Assembly: GCA_003971905.1 (NCBI GenBank)
Contig: RSEE01000052.1
Span: 186,001 to 250,000, forward strand
DNA length: 64,000 bases
Reading direction: 5' to 3'
Source of the DNA: Moniliella sp. 'wahieum'
Lineage: Eukaryota
Every line of letters starts with the position of its first letter. The first letter of the stretch is position 1. The position numbers and the translations under genes are program-made. Below the pieces are notes generated by a model. The model was not told where the DNA came from. It worked only from the letters and a program-made list of their open reading frames with translations, and made no database searches. Shown piece by piece: positions 36,280 to 49,094 of this stretch.

Positions 36280-38578
36280 ATGATGCCATCGATGCCCATG
36301 CCAGCTTCGGCACCGCCGCCCGTGGGCGCCATGCCGTCATCCTCCGATCCAGCCGCAGTCGCCTTGGCAGCTGCTCTCGCCGCCACCAACACCGCTGCAC
36401 CCTCCGTACTCCCGAATGCAACTACTGTCGCCCCTTCCACCATACCTTCCACTGCCCCGCCCCCACCTCCTCCTCCTCTCCCAACAGCCACCAACCGCAA
36501 CCACCCAGCATTTGTCAACAAGTTGCGCAGCATGGTTGATGACCCCACGACCAATGACCTTATCCGCTGGAGCCCGTCCGGCAAGTCCATCTTTATCTGC
36601 CACCCAGCACGCTTTTCTGAGCAGCTTCTTCCCCGCTACTTCCTCCACCGCAAGCTCAGCAGCTTCGAGCGGCAGCTCAATATGTATGGCTTCCACAAGG
36701 TACCGCACTTGCAGGCTGGTGCGCTCTCCCCGACCTGGGCAGGTGCGAGCACCACCCAGCCCCTGGCCTCTTCCTTGGGGTCCTTGCCTAGCACTCGCAC
36801 CCCCATCGAACAGCAACAAGACGACCAGGCCATCAACGAGTTCCACGCATCAGGAGAAGTCGGATCGGAGGACTTGGAGCTACGCGAATTTATGCATGAG
36901 TATTTTCAGCGAGCCCATCCCGAATGGCTCAACCTTGTTGTCCGCAAAAGTCCACTCCTCACAACAGCGCCGATCTGAAAAGGCGCCGTAAAGTGTATGA
37001 AGAAGACTCTTCTGTACCCACGATCGAAGAACCCGGAGAACGAAATCCGGTCCCACCAGGCTCTGTTCCGTGGCAGCCAGTAGGTCTTATTGGAGCCCCA
37101 CCGCCCCCGGGTATGCCGAATGCGGTTTCCCCGTATTATGGGCGTCCTCCTTCCGACGTCCCTCTTTCGTTGGTCGAAGCCATCTTAGTTGCCAACGGAC
37201 TCCACAGCACCCCCGCCGCGGTCGCCGCGGTCGCTGCAACGTTAACGGGGAACAACCCGCATATGGCAGCAATCAACCCTGCCGCACCCACACCCACACC
37301 CACTTCGACTTCGCAATCACCACCACCTGTACCTAGCCCAAATCCTACTCCTACGCCCCCTAACCCATCCGCTCCTGATGCCCAAACCAACTCCTTTTCT
37401 TCCTCGATAAATCCGCCTGGGTCGCCCAAGAAGGCAGCTGCAGGGGCTTCAACCGGAATTACTCCGCAGGAGGCTATGCCCAATATGTCCTTCACACCGA
37501 TGGGTGCCACGAACGCATTCCCGTCCGGCGGGGCTTGGAATATGAATGTGAACCTGGGGGCGATATTGCAAACACTGCAAACAACACAGAGCGACCTGGT
37601 GCGCGAGATTGCTCATCTGCGCACTGCCCAACACCGACTTTGGCAAGACAGTCAAGAAGAAAAGAAACGGTATCGGAAACATCAGGATGTACTTCAACGT
37701 ATTCTTCGCTTCTTAGGGGGGGTTTGGAGCCGTGCCGGCTCTTTTACCACCTGAAAGCGACTTGGATTCGGATTTGCCTGCCAAGGGGGAAGAAAACGAC
37801 AGCGGGCATGCGTCTAAGCGCCCTCGCACGTCCCTCCTTTGACGCAGACCGAGCCCCCTACCCGCAAGAGGCAAATATTGAGGAACTGCTGGACTCAGTT
37901 ACCGATATGGGTACGCCAGCAGCACCAACACCAAGCCCGCCTGCTGAGTCTCACCCCACCCCGTCAGGGAGCGGCTCTGTCTTTCCTCCCGCCCGACGGG
38001 GGCTGATGATTGAAGGCCCAAGTGGGTGGAAAGGAGATGAGCATCCTTTGTATTCGGCCGTGTCCCCTCCTGAACTCCCTCCTGGTCCCCGTTTTACCCG
38101 GTTGCGCTCGCCCAGCCCAACAGGCCCATCGGAGGAACGGCCAAGCTTAGTACGATCGAACTCCTCCAGCGCCCAGGTGCGCAAGGCCAGCCCTTCACTC
38201 AGAGGAGCTAAGCCTGCGTCGCTAAGTAAAGGCCAAGTCGCGTCGTGGATTCAACAATTGTTAAACCAGCCTGGTTCGCCCGCCGGGACAGCGCCGTCGT
38301 CCCCCATGCCCACGCCAGCTCATTTGGAAGAAGCATTGAACTCGACAGACGCCGATGCGCAAGCGTTGCAGCAGTCCATCGCTGCTCTTGCCCAGAGCCT
38401 GCACAAAGAGGACCCGTCGCACGTTGCTGGTCCTACCTCTGTCTCTGCGCATACTGCAACCCCAACTACTGAGGCGCCTTTGGGCGAGCCTACGGCAGAC
38501 GATATGCTGTTGTTTCAGCAGTTCCTCCAGCCCGATCGGGAGGGGAAGTTCTCTCCCCTCTTCCTGCAACTGAAGTGA
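36280..38578 (+). CDS. Heat shock factor family transcription factor, frameshifted
   Basis: PAFVNKLRSMVDDP..LIRWS..SSFERQLNMYGFHKVPHLQ..EFMHEYFQR DNA-binding domain; HR-A/B coiled coil (IAHLRTAQHRLWQ..HQDVLQRILRFL). 3' end uncertain. Confidence 0.9.
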
Positions 38579-39838
38579 TGCGTTCCTCGCCCAGTGCTCC
38601 CGATGGCACATAAGCGTGCCCGCACTTCCCACACTTTGCGTCGCGTTGATGGAGCAGAATCCCCATCCTTTTCGCCGGTTGACGCTATACAAGTTTGACG
38701 TCGTCCTTGTTCAGAACACTTGCAGAGTAGAATGTACCGTGTGTATTACTTTTTGTGTCTGGTAGCTATTGATACTAATGATGCGGCTCACAGAAGCGTT
38801 CACAGTTGCGGTTCCCATCCCATCTACAGTACTGTGACGGACTAAAAGGAGAGGCGGTTATAGAGAAGATCCTCATCGTCCTTCTATACTTCGAGAGCCT
38901 CATTGCTATCTTCCGGCGTCCTTCACTGGGTGGGATAATAGGCAAGGGCAGAGAGACTTGGAAAAAACCTGGAGTTCGTCCGGCGGAGTTCGAAATCCAT
39001 TAGTGTTTATTGTAGTTCCTGCGACAGATCCGATGCCACAGAGTGTGGGCCTTCTGTGAGACGGTCACTGACAGTGAAGTCAGGGGCCAGGTGGAGGGGA
39101 AAAGGAACGTGGCAGCGAATATGTTGGACTGTTGGGCGGATGGGGATGCCACTTTGACCCCGCCAGCGGCACAGGAGGAGACGATGATGATGGATGGCAT
39201 CAACTATAATAAAGGCGAAGGTTCCTTCTTCTGTTGGCAACCCCGTTCGGACGGTATGGCGGGATGGCAGGTTTAGCGCGAGGAACTTTTAGGGCGGTAA
39301 TCCATAGTTTGTCTCGTTTGTCCTCATGAAGAGGATAGCGATCGATAGTACCAAAGCCAAAGGGCTTGCACTGTTATCCGTCAAGTAGAAGCCACCAAGA
39401 TCATGTCCAATAAAATGTTGGAGCACAGGGGAAAAGGCTTGTATATTAGTACTAGAGTCTCATTCTTGTTTTTTGTGCTATTAGAGTTCGACTTTTGGGG
39501 AGCGTTCTCGCGATCCTAGTATGGATCAGCTGCAAAGCAGTCGTAATCCGCTGTGCAGACAAGGTGTAAAGGGAAAATGGTGAGCCACTGCAACTGTCTT
39601 CAAGCAAGCAACGTCTGAAGGGAAGGAGACAGGACAAAGAGTCTAGGAGGGTCTCTAATTTCTATATCGGAGGGTGCACAAGAATCCGCCACAACAACCC
39701 TGTTGCTCGCCCGCCTGCACGTGACACGGCTGTGGGTGGGGCTGGCTACGCCAACGATCGGGCATATGACAGAGTCGCGTCATCGACGCGGCGTCCCTCC
39801 ACTACCTTATAATGCTCTCTACCCATGCTCACTGGCGT

Positions 39839-39950
39839 TGCCCCCATTGCTGCACCAACAACCACACTCGCACACGGTGTCCCTTCAATCCACGCCGAGA
39901 GTTGTGCCGCCACTGCCGTCGCCCCGACCACAAGGCTGTGCCAACTGCCC
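39839..39950 (+). pseudogene. Relic of tandem CCHC zinc knuckles (retroelement Gag/ORF1-like)
   Basis: My translation: CPHCCTNNHTRTRC-PFNPRREL-CRHCRRPDHKA(frameshift)ANC, i.e. two C-x2-C-x4-H-x4-C motifs. Not in the ORF track. Confidence 0.6.
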
Positions 39951-41392
39951 GCAATGCATATTTTGGAAAAGACAGATGACCACCCGACGCGTCTCTGTCC
40001 TGCCCCTAGCTCCGTTCGGATCCTCCAATTACATAGGGTTTAATGTTGGATAAACCGCAACTGGACCCTCCTTCTCGAAGGGAAATCACCCCTAAGCCAT
40101 GAGTTATTGGGCTCCAGTTCGGGGCCCACCCATGACGCGCTTTGCCCTTCCTCGAGACAAAAATAATTCTTCCTGTTGAGTATCGGACCACAACTGGGTT
40201 GAGACTCAACATTCTGGTTCGTCCCTAGTTTGGTTTGACCTGCTTTGTGGGCGAAACGACTTAGTGGTCTGACCCTGCATGGTTCTTGCAGAGTGCCTAT
40301 ATTAATCGATGAGAGTATCATCTCGTATCTTTAAAGAGCTTTTGGCATTATTAACGACAGCGCTGCTGCCATCACAACGTGAGATGTAGGTTCGGGTTGG
40401 GATTCCGCCGTAACCGCCACCCGAAGGGGCTACTACGGCGCCAATGCTCAGGGTATGCCACTGAATCCCGAATGTCCGACCCTCTCTCGCTACAAACCGT
40501 GGGCTCGAGCGGTTGGACGGGTGGAAAGGTGGATAACGAGGTTGGAAGATGAAGGAGGCAGCGAAGTGGAGACGGGGTTATCTGTACTGAATCAATTGGC
40601 TGGAAACGGTCAGAGTTGGACAGGGAAGGCGGTAAGGGAAGAGAATGGTGTGGGGAAAAGGATCTCCATCACTGGTCCAGGATGCTGACTGTTGGCTGAC
40701 CCTTTTTTTAACCCCCTCCTCTGTCTAAGCCCGAACGCACTGGCATAGATGTTTACAGAGCGAAGCAAATGAAGTCTGCGAACGCTGCGAAGGCACTAAG
40801 GATATCATCCGATAGCACTTCCTTGTGATTGATAACCTGAAAGGCGTATGGCCTGAGGACGTTGAACTAGCGTTGCGGACGTTGGCGTCCCATGTTAGAA
40901 TGCTGTAATATAGCCGCACATGTACCAGGTTTAACATGGAGATAATAGCTTCCCTAATAGAGAGACCCTCCGCGATGCCGGCACTATAACAAGCCCCCCC
41001 GGGTGCTGTCAACCCACCTGCGTCTTGCTTTGTGCTCCTATGAGTAAAACTGAGTGTTCGCCCCCCCCCTTGATCGATGAGCGCTGAGCCCCGCCGTGTC
41101 TTCTCTCCACGGATGGCATCCCCGCTTGACTCGATACCTCTCGTTCTCCGCAGCGCTTGCGACATGTCAACGTTGTGAACAACTCTCAGCCCAGTTGCTT
41201 TTTCCGTCAGTATACTCTGTTGTGGTGGCCATCTGATTGGAGTCACTGGTTGTGGTTATGGCGCAACAGCAATAAGTTTTGCAAACGCACACATCCCGTC
41301 ATGCCGGTACATGCGGCGAACCTCTTTGTGGTGCGACGAACGAAGAACCGTACCCAGAGGATAGGGGGTAGCCACCACCACGGAAGCGGATC

Positions 41393-41428
41393 GAACGTGT
41401 TGAACGTGTTGAACGTGTTGAACGTGTT
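41393..41428. repeat. (GAACGTGTT)x4 tandem repeat
   Basis: Read directly. Confidence 0.95.
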
Positions 41429-41742
41429 GGATGTGAACTTTGATGCATTGATGATCGATGAGATACCCCCGAGCCTTCTGCATCTGAATATTGATATGTC
41501 AACGAAATGCGATGTGACAAACAGGAATACTAAATACCGAGTGATATCGATTGTTACTACTGGGGCCTTTCCGAGAGAAAGGCTGTGGCAGCGTAGCAGA
41601 GGTGCTAGACGGAAGGTTGCGGACCCTCAGGCCTCAGGGCCCAGTGCTCTCCTCGGCCTCTCAACGTTGAGATCTGAGAAGAGAGCAGGGAGAAAGGGTG
41701 CACTAACTTTTATTAGTCCATAAAACATATATACTAGGGAGC

Positions 41743-42823
41743 CTGCCTCTCCGGCTAGGAGGATGCGGCAGCCCGCTTACTCGTATATCGCGCCCCACGC
41801 CCGTTGCCGCGGCCAACGAGGTCAACGCTATCTTTTACCACTTATGTTGACCGTTCGGGACCGCAAACGGCAGAGGCCAACGCATTTACGAAGCAACGCC
41901 AGCGCTGCGCGAGATGTGGGAGAAAGTCGACAGAGCTGCTCCAGAAGCTGGACGCTGCCGATGGTCGTCACGTGGTTGAGCACAGCAACCCGCTGAGCCA
42001 CAACTGGCTCTCCGCCATTCCGTCCGTCCCATACTCAGGCTCTCCGACCAGCAGGTCCAGGTTGGTCTCCAGCTCCGCACGCTGTGCCGCACCACGCGCA
42101 GCATGTGCAAGTGCGGTGTCATGTCCTCGCTGGAGCACATCATGTATTGCACTCGCTCCCAGGCCAAGTTTGGAGCGTTGCATGACGCAGTGCGGGAGCC
42201 CATTCTCCAGCTCCTACGCTCCATTCCCGACACCCATGTCCACAACGAACCAATGGTGGAGGACGAGGATGGCCGGAGACAGAGGACACAGCGCACTGAC
42301 TACCGCGTGATGGGACCCGGAGCACTGGGAGGATCAGGAATGGAGGTCGACCACGCTGCGCGACACGGGATCACTGGCAGCGCAGAGCGCGTTCCGGAGG
42401 GTGGTGCACGCGAGCACCGCAACCCCCTTGGAACGCCGGGAGAAGGAGCTGCTTCGGATGCTTGAACAAGCAGAATGCGAGAAGAACGCCAAGTACCAGG
42501 GACGCACTCAAGAGACGTTTTTCCCCCTGGTTTTGACGACGCGAGGATACTACGGCACCAAGACGGCGAGCAAGTTGTTTGCGCATTGGAAGGAGTTGGC
42601 TACTAAGTCTCAGTGGAAATGGTTCCTCGCTCGGATGTCAATCACGTTCCTCCGTGTCCGTGTCACGCGCTTCCTAGGGTACGGGACCGGATGGCATGAG
42701 CCGGAGGGTCCTGATATCCTGGCGATCCCCCTGGTTCCTTGACCCTGGTGGCGCCCTAAGTAACCCCCGCAAGATGAACGGTTAGGTTTAGACGTAGCGT
42801 TCCCCCTGTCCCAGCCTTCTTAA
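41743..42823 (+). mobile_element. 5'-truncated CRE-clade-like non-LTR retrotransposon with restriction-like endonuclease (copy C, longest)
   Basis: LPLRLGGCG (RT thumb end), WLSAIP..RLSD, CKCG..EHIMYC (CCHC), HDAVR, NEP..RTDY, EVD, EKNAKY, FFPLVLTTRG: the motif order of RLE-type non-LTR elements. Confidence 0.85.
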
Positions 42824-43522
42824 GTCTGCCAATGAAATGGAAGTTACTAGGCTCTCTCCCGCTGCATACAGCGAATGGGCTGGCTAAACCCCACACAGGA
42901 CTACTGCCCGACATGCAGTACTGCCACACCCGGAGTCGGGCGATGTCATGCCATACAGCGAGGGCCGCACGGGGGCAGTCGGCGACCCATTCGCACAATA
43001 TTAAACGAGACACTTGCATGTATAGGGCGAGTAAAAACTATAGACAGAGTAACTCTGGGTGAAAGGACTGGCATCAAAGTTGGATGGTAGAGGTATCCGT
43101 TTGGGCACGGACGAAAAGCTTGGCACCTTTTGTTTGACTGTCTCGTCTTTCCATGGCACACATTGTCCATCATGCATGATGTCGATCATGCTCACACATC
43201 CCTCAATACCATACTTGCCATATATGCATACAGCGCTTATTATAGCCGTCGGGCCATTTTGTGGTTTTGCAAACCCAACAGGATGAGCTTTCCTGAGGTT
43301 ATTTTTTCCTCTAACCCTTTTAGCTCGAGGTTTTTCCTCCCCTCCTCCCTTCCCACCACCGGGTCATCTGCCATCATTTATCGGATCAGATAACAGCACC
43401 ACCACCCCGCCACACAACCTTAGCGGTCTATAGATCTACTATAGCCCATCATCGACAATATAATAGTTTTTGTTTTTCTCCAGCACCGTCGTCGTCTGCA
43501 TCCTCATCATCATCGACCCAAG

Positions 43523-45510
43523 ATGCCCCTCCCGCAAGCGCTGCAGCGTATGGCGCGCCAGCTGCACTTCCAGCGCGATCTCACCATCACTGCACCTACC
43601 GTCCACCCCACCCTTCTCCCCCACATCCTCTACTGAAGGTCTATCCTCTGACACGGACGAAACTGACGAGGAAGAGCCTCTCTCATGCATCGACCGCGTG
43701 CTCAACTGGCTCGTGCATCAATCGGGCTCGCTCCTGGTCTTCGTCTTGATTCAAGCCATCCTATTGGGCTGGGTCTTTGTTGGGATCCCCTACCACACCC
43801 AAACTGGCAAATCGTGATGGGCAATGGACAAGCAATCTTCTCATACGTGTGGGACTCGTTACTTATGCGCCATCAGCTTATGATTTTCGGGAAAACGCGG
43901 AGGTCGACTTCGTTACTTCGATCTAGGGCCGCGAACAACCTCGCCATGCTCCGTGAGTGTTTGTGCCACACCGTGTTCGTACGCACCCCCCTGCTTCTCC
44001 GAATTCGGGTGGGGATGAAGGCGGCATCCAACAGGTCCAATGTGTTGGTGCCCTCGCTGTCCTACTATCCCAACACCTCTTCACCCGCACTTGGACCCAC
44101 CCAGCACCACCATCACCACCAACCCCAACATCGCGTCCACTCCCACACCCACATCCAACCTGACTCCCTTGACCCCCAGCTCCCCACGGAATCCCGTATA
44201 GGAAAACGCTCACCTACTTTGCCTTCCTCATCGGACACATATTTTCCGTCATCTTGTTCTGGGTCTCCTTCTTCCTCTGGATCGGGTTTGGTCCGTCGAT
44301 GCAGTGGAGCAACCTGTGGCAGCTAGACTGGAACACGGCCTGTCGGCATGGATGATCTTTACGTTTTTCCTTCTTGGCCATTGTCGCGCGAAGAAAATGG
44401 TCGGTACGCTGGCGTGTGTACAGATGCGATTTGCGCCTCGACCGACGGTTGGAGTACCGGCTGAGGTGCTCACGCAGAATTCCCCGCTATTCCGCTGCCG
44501 ACGCTAATACCCCCCTCACAGGCAAGCAACTTACCACAAGGTCCTTTCGCCTGAGGGTAGTTCGCAGCAATGCCCCTCTTCGGCTGGAGCGAGCAACATG
44601 CCGATTTGCACCTCTCTTCCACGTGCAAACCTAGTCCGAAGTGCATTCAAGTGTACGCCTCGGTAGTGGGCACGCTAGTCGGCATCGTGTTCCTCATCGT
44701 GGTACTCATCGTCTGGCTTGCCATTGGTGCCCCCCATGAACTTCTCGACGGACGTGGTTGATTATCGGTACCTACGCCGGCTTGGTTTGGATTACACGAC
44801 GGTTTTCGTGCTACGGAACATGCAATGCGGTTTGGATGAGTGGGAGGATCCGTGGTTCGATGATTTGGCACGGCAGATGACGTGATGATGGATGCTGTGC
44901 GGAGGCGGGGCTTGCGCCTACGAATGTGATGGAGGAGGGGAGAACGGTGTCAAAACGCCGACAGGACCTGGAAGAGCAAGAGAAGAAGGGAAGACACTGT
45001 CCAGAATACAAGGGACCGAAGGAGAAGATATTGCAACCCCTCTCATGAACGGGGTCGTACTTCCCGGACTTAGTCGTCTACCCTCCACTTCCATCTCCGC
45101 ATCCTCACACAAGGAAGAAACTCTCCTCGCGGCTCTGGCGATGGACCCGCACGGTATCGGACCGATGCTCTTCTTTCGCGCATGAGTGGGCCGTCATTTT
45201 GGACCTGTTATTGATCCTTGGGTTGATCTGTGGTGCTTCGGCGATTCGCTGGAACATGACGGGTCAGCTGCTGTGCAACATTCCACCCATGACGATCGAA
45301 GCCTTCATAATGCAGATCCTGATCACTGGGCATAGGGCTGGATCAAAAGATGCGCAAGAGGCTGACAAGGCATACGCCAATCGGGTACGGTTGCAACCAG
45401 TTCTGGACCAAGTGTGTGCGGGACGTGCGGTGGAACAGGACAGGAGAAGGCAATACGTTGCTCCAAAGGTCCTGATGGCCGTGACGCCAGGGGGAAAAGA
45501 GGCCCACTAA
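43523..45510 (+). CDS. FET4: Low-affinity Fe(II) permease, frameshifted
   Basis: WLVHQSGS..VF, WQIVMGNGQAIFSYVWDSLLMRHQL, WIGFGP..WSNLWQL.WNT, WLIIGTYAGL, RWNMTGQLLCNIPPMTIEAF...LITGH. Confidence 0.88.
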
Positions 45511-47597
45511 CTTGCACCCACGCGTGAACGACAACTCTTCATGACCATCCATCATTGACGACAACATTTGCGATCATGAGCCCAACAGTCAGTACCGACC
45601 GGCGGACCGTCGCTGACTTGAGTCTCTAGGCCCCAACGATACCTTTTTTTTTACTGATGAGATCGACGACCTTTTCTCTTTTTGCTGTGCATGCCACTTA
45701 AACGTTTTACGTGCGTAACGCGTAGTAACGCCTTTTGAATGATGACGGTCGACCGACGACCTGTTTTTTTTTGCTTTTATGGCATAACGACTCCCCTGCC
45801 CCTTTTGCTTCAGGCCTCACTTCCTTCTAGCTTTTGAGAAGATGGGGGTCTGTTTGCACGTTTTAATTATTGGATTGAATATTGATTGACGCGTGAAGGA
45901 CGCGGGTGCATTTGCGGACTTATAGTACTTTTAGCTCTCACATGGCACCAGTGACTTGTGTCCTGCGTGTCCTCCATGGCATGCACGGGGCATCATGTAT
46001 CATTTTCTCTGACACCGAGCTAAAGTTACACTGTGGCTATTTCGATTTCTTCTGTGACTCGTTTTGGGTATGTTGTGGTATCATGAGACACGTTGCCATG
46101 TTGTGTGGCGTGCATCAACGCCCTCGGGCCTCAGGCCTCACGTCAGCGAATCTGCACCATCATTTCACGTGTGGCAGTTGGATCGAGGATCCTTGGGGTT
46201 TCTTTTTTGGTTCGCAGTGCTGGACTGTGGCATGCTGCGATGTCATGGTGCGGCGTAAATAGGTTTTGTATAACGCGCAACGCGTAATAATGACCCACAA
46301 AAGGATGCCAGAAAGCATGTACGACACCGCTATTCTACGATACCGACGCAGCGGAGTGAGACCTGAAAGAAGCTGAGAGGGAAGTGTTGAGAGGATAATT
46401 ATACTAAGGTGCCAGGTTGTGCGAGACGCAGCTACTAACTGTTGTTGGAGATAACTGACGGCACATAATATGGTATGCGCAGCTTGCGAGCGGAGCGCTT
46501 CCGCCCGGCTAATAGGTGAGCGTCACCGCGTCACCGTTGTTGAGAAAACCGAGGGCCGTATGAGGGAACCCTAATAGTACTACCCCCTTCAACATATTTT
46601 TGGAGTAGAATTGGTTCTCAGCGTACGTTCAGGGTTGAACTGAACGTTCAGCGTTCATCCGAAAGCTCACAGGCTCACATGTGCAACCACGCTAACCCAG
46701 GCATATACTCCAACCTCGCCCGGCATTGAAGATGATCGAGTATTTCGACTATTGCTCGCATGGCTTACACACGCCTCCAACAGGATGGACGAGGTTGCCG
46801 GGGTTATGCATGTGCTGCACCACGTCATGCATCATGCATAACAAACAGGCACGGGGGCACTTGCTCACTCGCCGCCATGCCGCGGGGGGTGGCGTGCATC
46901 TGAGACATGCGGGGGAAACGAGTCGGCCGGACACAAGCGAGGCGCAGGGGGTTAATCAAAAAGGATCGGTGATCGATGATCGATGATCCGTGGTCGGTGG
47001 TTGGTCTCCCACAGGCGAATCGGCCTCCCCCACTGCGTCCTCCGCCCCCCCCCACTGCGTCCTCCGTCCTCAGGCCTCACTGTAGACTCATTAGACCTGT
47101 CTATTCCGCCCCCCACCACCATGTCAGACGGCCACACTATTTTTATGTGCCCAACAAAAATGCACGCAACTCAAGCATCCTCTCCCTTGTGCGGGCGACT
47201 AATAATAATAGTATTAGTACAGACGCTGAAGTTACAGATGCGCACCAGCCCTGTATATGCGTCGGCAAACTGGCGGTAGGGACGGACCACCGCGGGAGCC
47301 ACTGCCCCGTCCCCCACCCCTTCTCTGCCTGAGACCTAAGGCAGGTCTCAGAATGTTTCACAGGTAGACCAGGCGGGAGACATTGCCCCCGTCCCCCTTC
47401 CCACTCTTATTTGCCTTCGATCTTAATGCCAGGCTTGACTTGACAGTAGACCAGCCCGTCCCGTCGACAGCCAAAGACGCCAGCAGCACCGGCCATAAAT
47501 ACCCCCGACCGTCGCCTTCCCCTTCACCTTCCCCCCCACCTTCACCTTCCCTCTCCCACCTTCACCTTCACCCCCCACACCTTCACCACGCTGAACG

Positions 47598-49094
47598 ATG
47601 CCGCACCACTTCGGTTCGTCATGCCCTCTCTCCATTTCTGGAGCCTAGATACGACTAACACTTCCCATTTTTGCAGCCGAGCCGATGAGCCACCACGGGC
47701 ATTCCTCTGAGTAGTGGAAGCAGCCCCTATCCTTGTCAACTTGTCGACGCAACGCCTTCCGCCTGTCCATTCTCGCAGCATCCCTCCATGGTTCAGCCAT
47801 CCGCGATGCCACCTGCCTCCTGCTCTGCATGGCAAGGGCGCCAGAGTCGAGTTCCTCCGCTTCATTGTCCCCTGTTACTGGTTCCACACTTCCCGCCCTG
47901 CTTCCGTTCAAATCAATCCTATGAGCACTTCGGATGGCCTCACGTTTTCTCGGTTGAGGCTTCCCCTCCCCCTGTTCCTTCTCGTCCCTGCCCCCAAACC
48001 CGCAACCGCGCAGGTTTGGACAAGTCTGGCCTGAACCGTCAGCCCAAGCGTTCATCGCCGACGACCGTGCCCTGGTGCTTGGCAAACCTAGTTCCCAGAC
48101 CAAATCCAGCAAGAAAAAGAAGAAGGATGAACCTAAGAGCAAAAAGGGTCGGGACCGCAGTATTCGAAGCGACGCGGTGGCACGCCCGGGGGACACGTTG
48201 GTGCGTCCGTACGCATGTGGCGCACCGTGGTGCAAGCTAGAGTGGATGCGTGTCTTTACTCCGCAATGCCCTGAGATTGTGGTGCTGGAGCAGTGCCTGC
48301 CTCTTCTTTCGCCTGAAACCCAGGCAGTCTTGCAGGCCGCTCATCAAGAGGAGCGGTCCGGGCTTTTGGCCACGTTTGCCACGTCCAAAGAACTTCAGGA
48401 ACATGTCCAGCAATGCCATGGAAGCATTCTTGCTTCTCAAGAGGCGGGTGTGGTTGCGACGGTCAAAAACACGTTGTACATGTGTTCCCTTCCTCGCTGC
48501 CTCCTGGCCTATGGCAAGCCGCAGAACCTCCAGCACCACATCCAAGTCACCGGCAAGGGTGCTAAGCACATTTGCCACGGATCGCTTCGAAAGGCAGACG
48601 GCGAGCAAGTGGGCTACCACACTGGCCCCTCCTCTCTGGGCATGTCAATGACAGAGGCTATGGAGTTTATGGAGAAGCAGGGAGCGCATCTGCCTGCTCC
48701 CAAACCATGGATCTGTATGGGTGCTCAACTGGGCCACGTGCGCAGCCAGCTCCATTTGGCACTCACACGCCAAGTTGGGGTGGAGAGGGAGGAGGATGCG
48801 AGCTACATGAGTATCGCCGTTCATGCTCTTCCCTGCAAGCGCTCCTTTGAGGAAGCCAAAGGCCTGGCCTACCACCTCGCCAGTCAAGAATCTGGGCACA
48901 GTACGCTTGCCCAGCTCGCCTTGGACCGGATTGCGGCGGAAGAGGCGGGTACCCCGCCACCTCACCATGCCGGAGTCGACGAGCAGAACCCCACGATCGC
49001 TCGGACTCTCGAGCTCTTTATCCAGGCCATGAAGGAAGCGCCCCGTCTCCGTGGCGCGGTTCAGCGCTTGCTTCCTGTCCAGTCTCAGTTGTGA
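47598..49094 (+). CDS. Atypical C2H2 zinc-finger protein
   Basis: Lys-rich NLS-like stretch; RPYACGAPWC...LQEHVQQCH, YMCSLPRC..YGKPQNLQHH, KPWIC...CKRSFEEAKGLAYHL. Probable first intron 47614-47675 (GTTCGT..CTAAC..GCAG). Confidence 0.65.

Noticed and set aside
39373..39385. 13-nt match (CTTGACGGATAAC) to ~49482 on the opposite strand, possible terminal inverted repeat
   Set aside because: Matches of this length are expected by chance in 64 kb, and the similarity does not extend convincingly.
42815..42835. Resemblance of the CRE-like 3' junction to the R2 28S rDNA target (TCTTAAGG)
   Set aside because: Only about 7 nt match, there is no rDNA here, and the flanks differ among the three copies.
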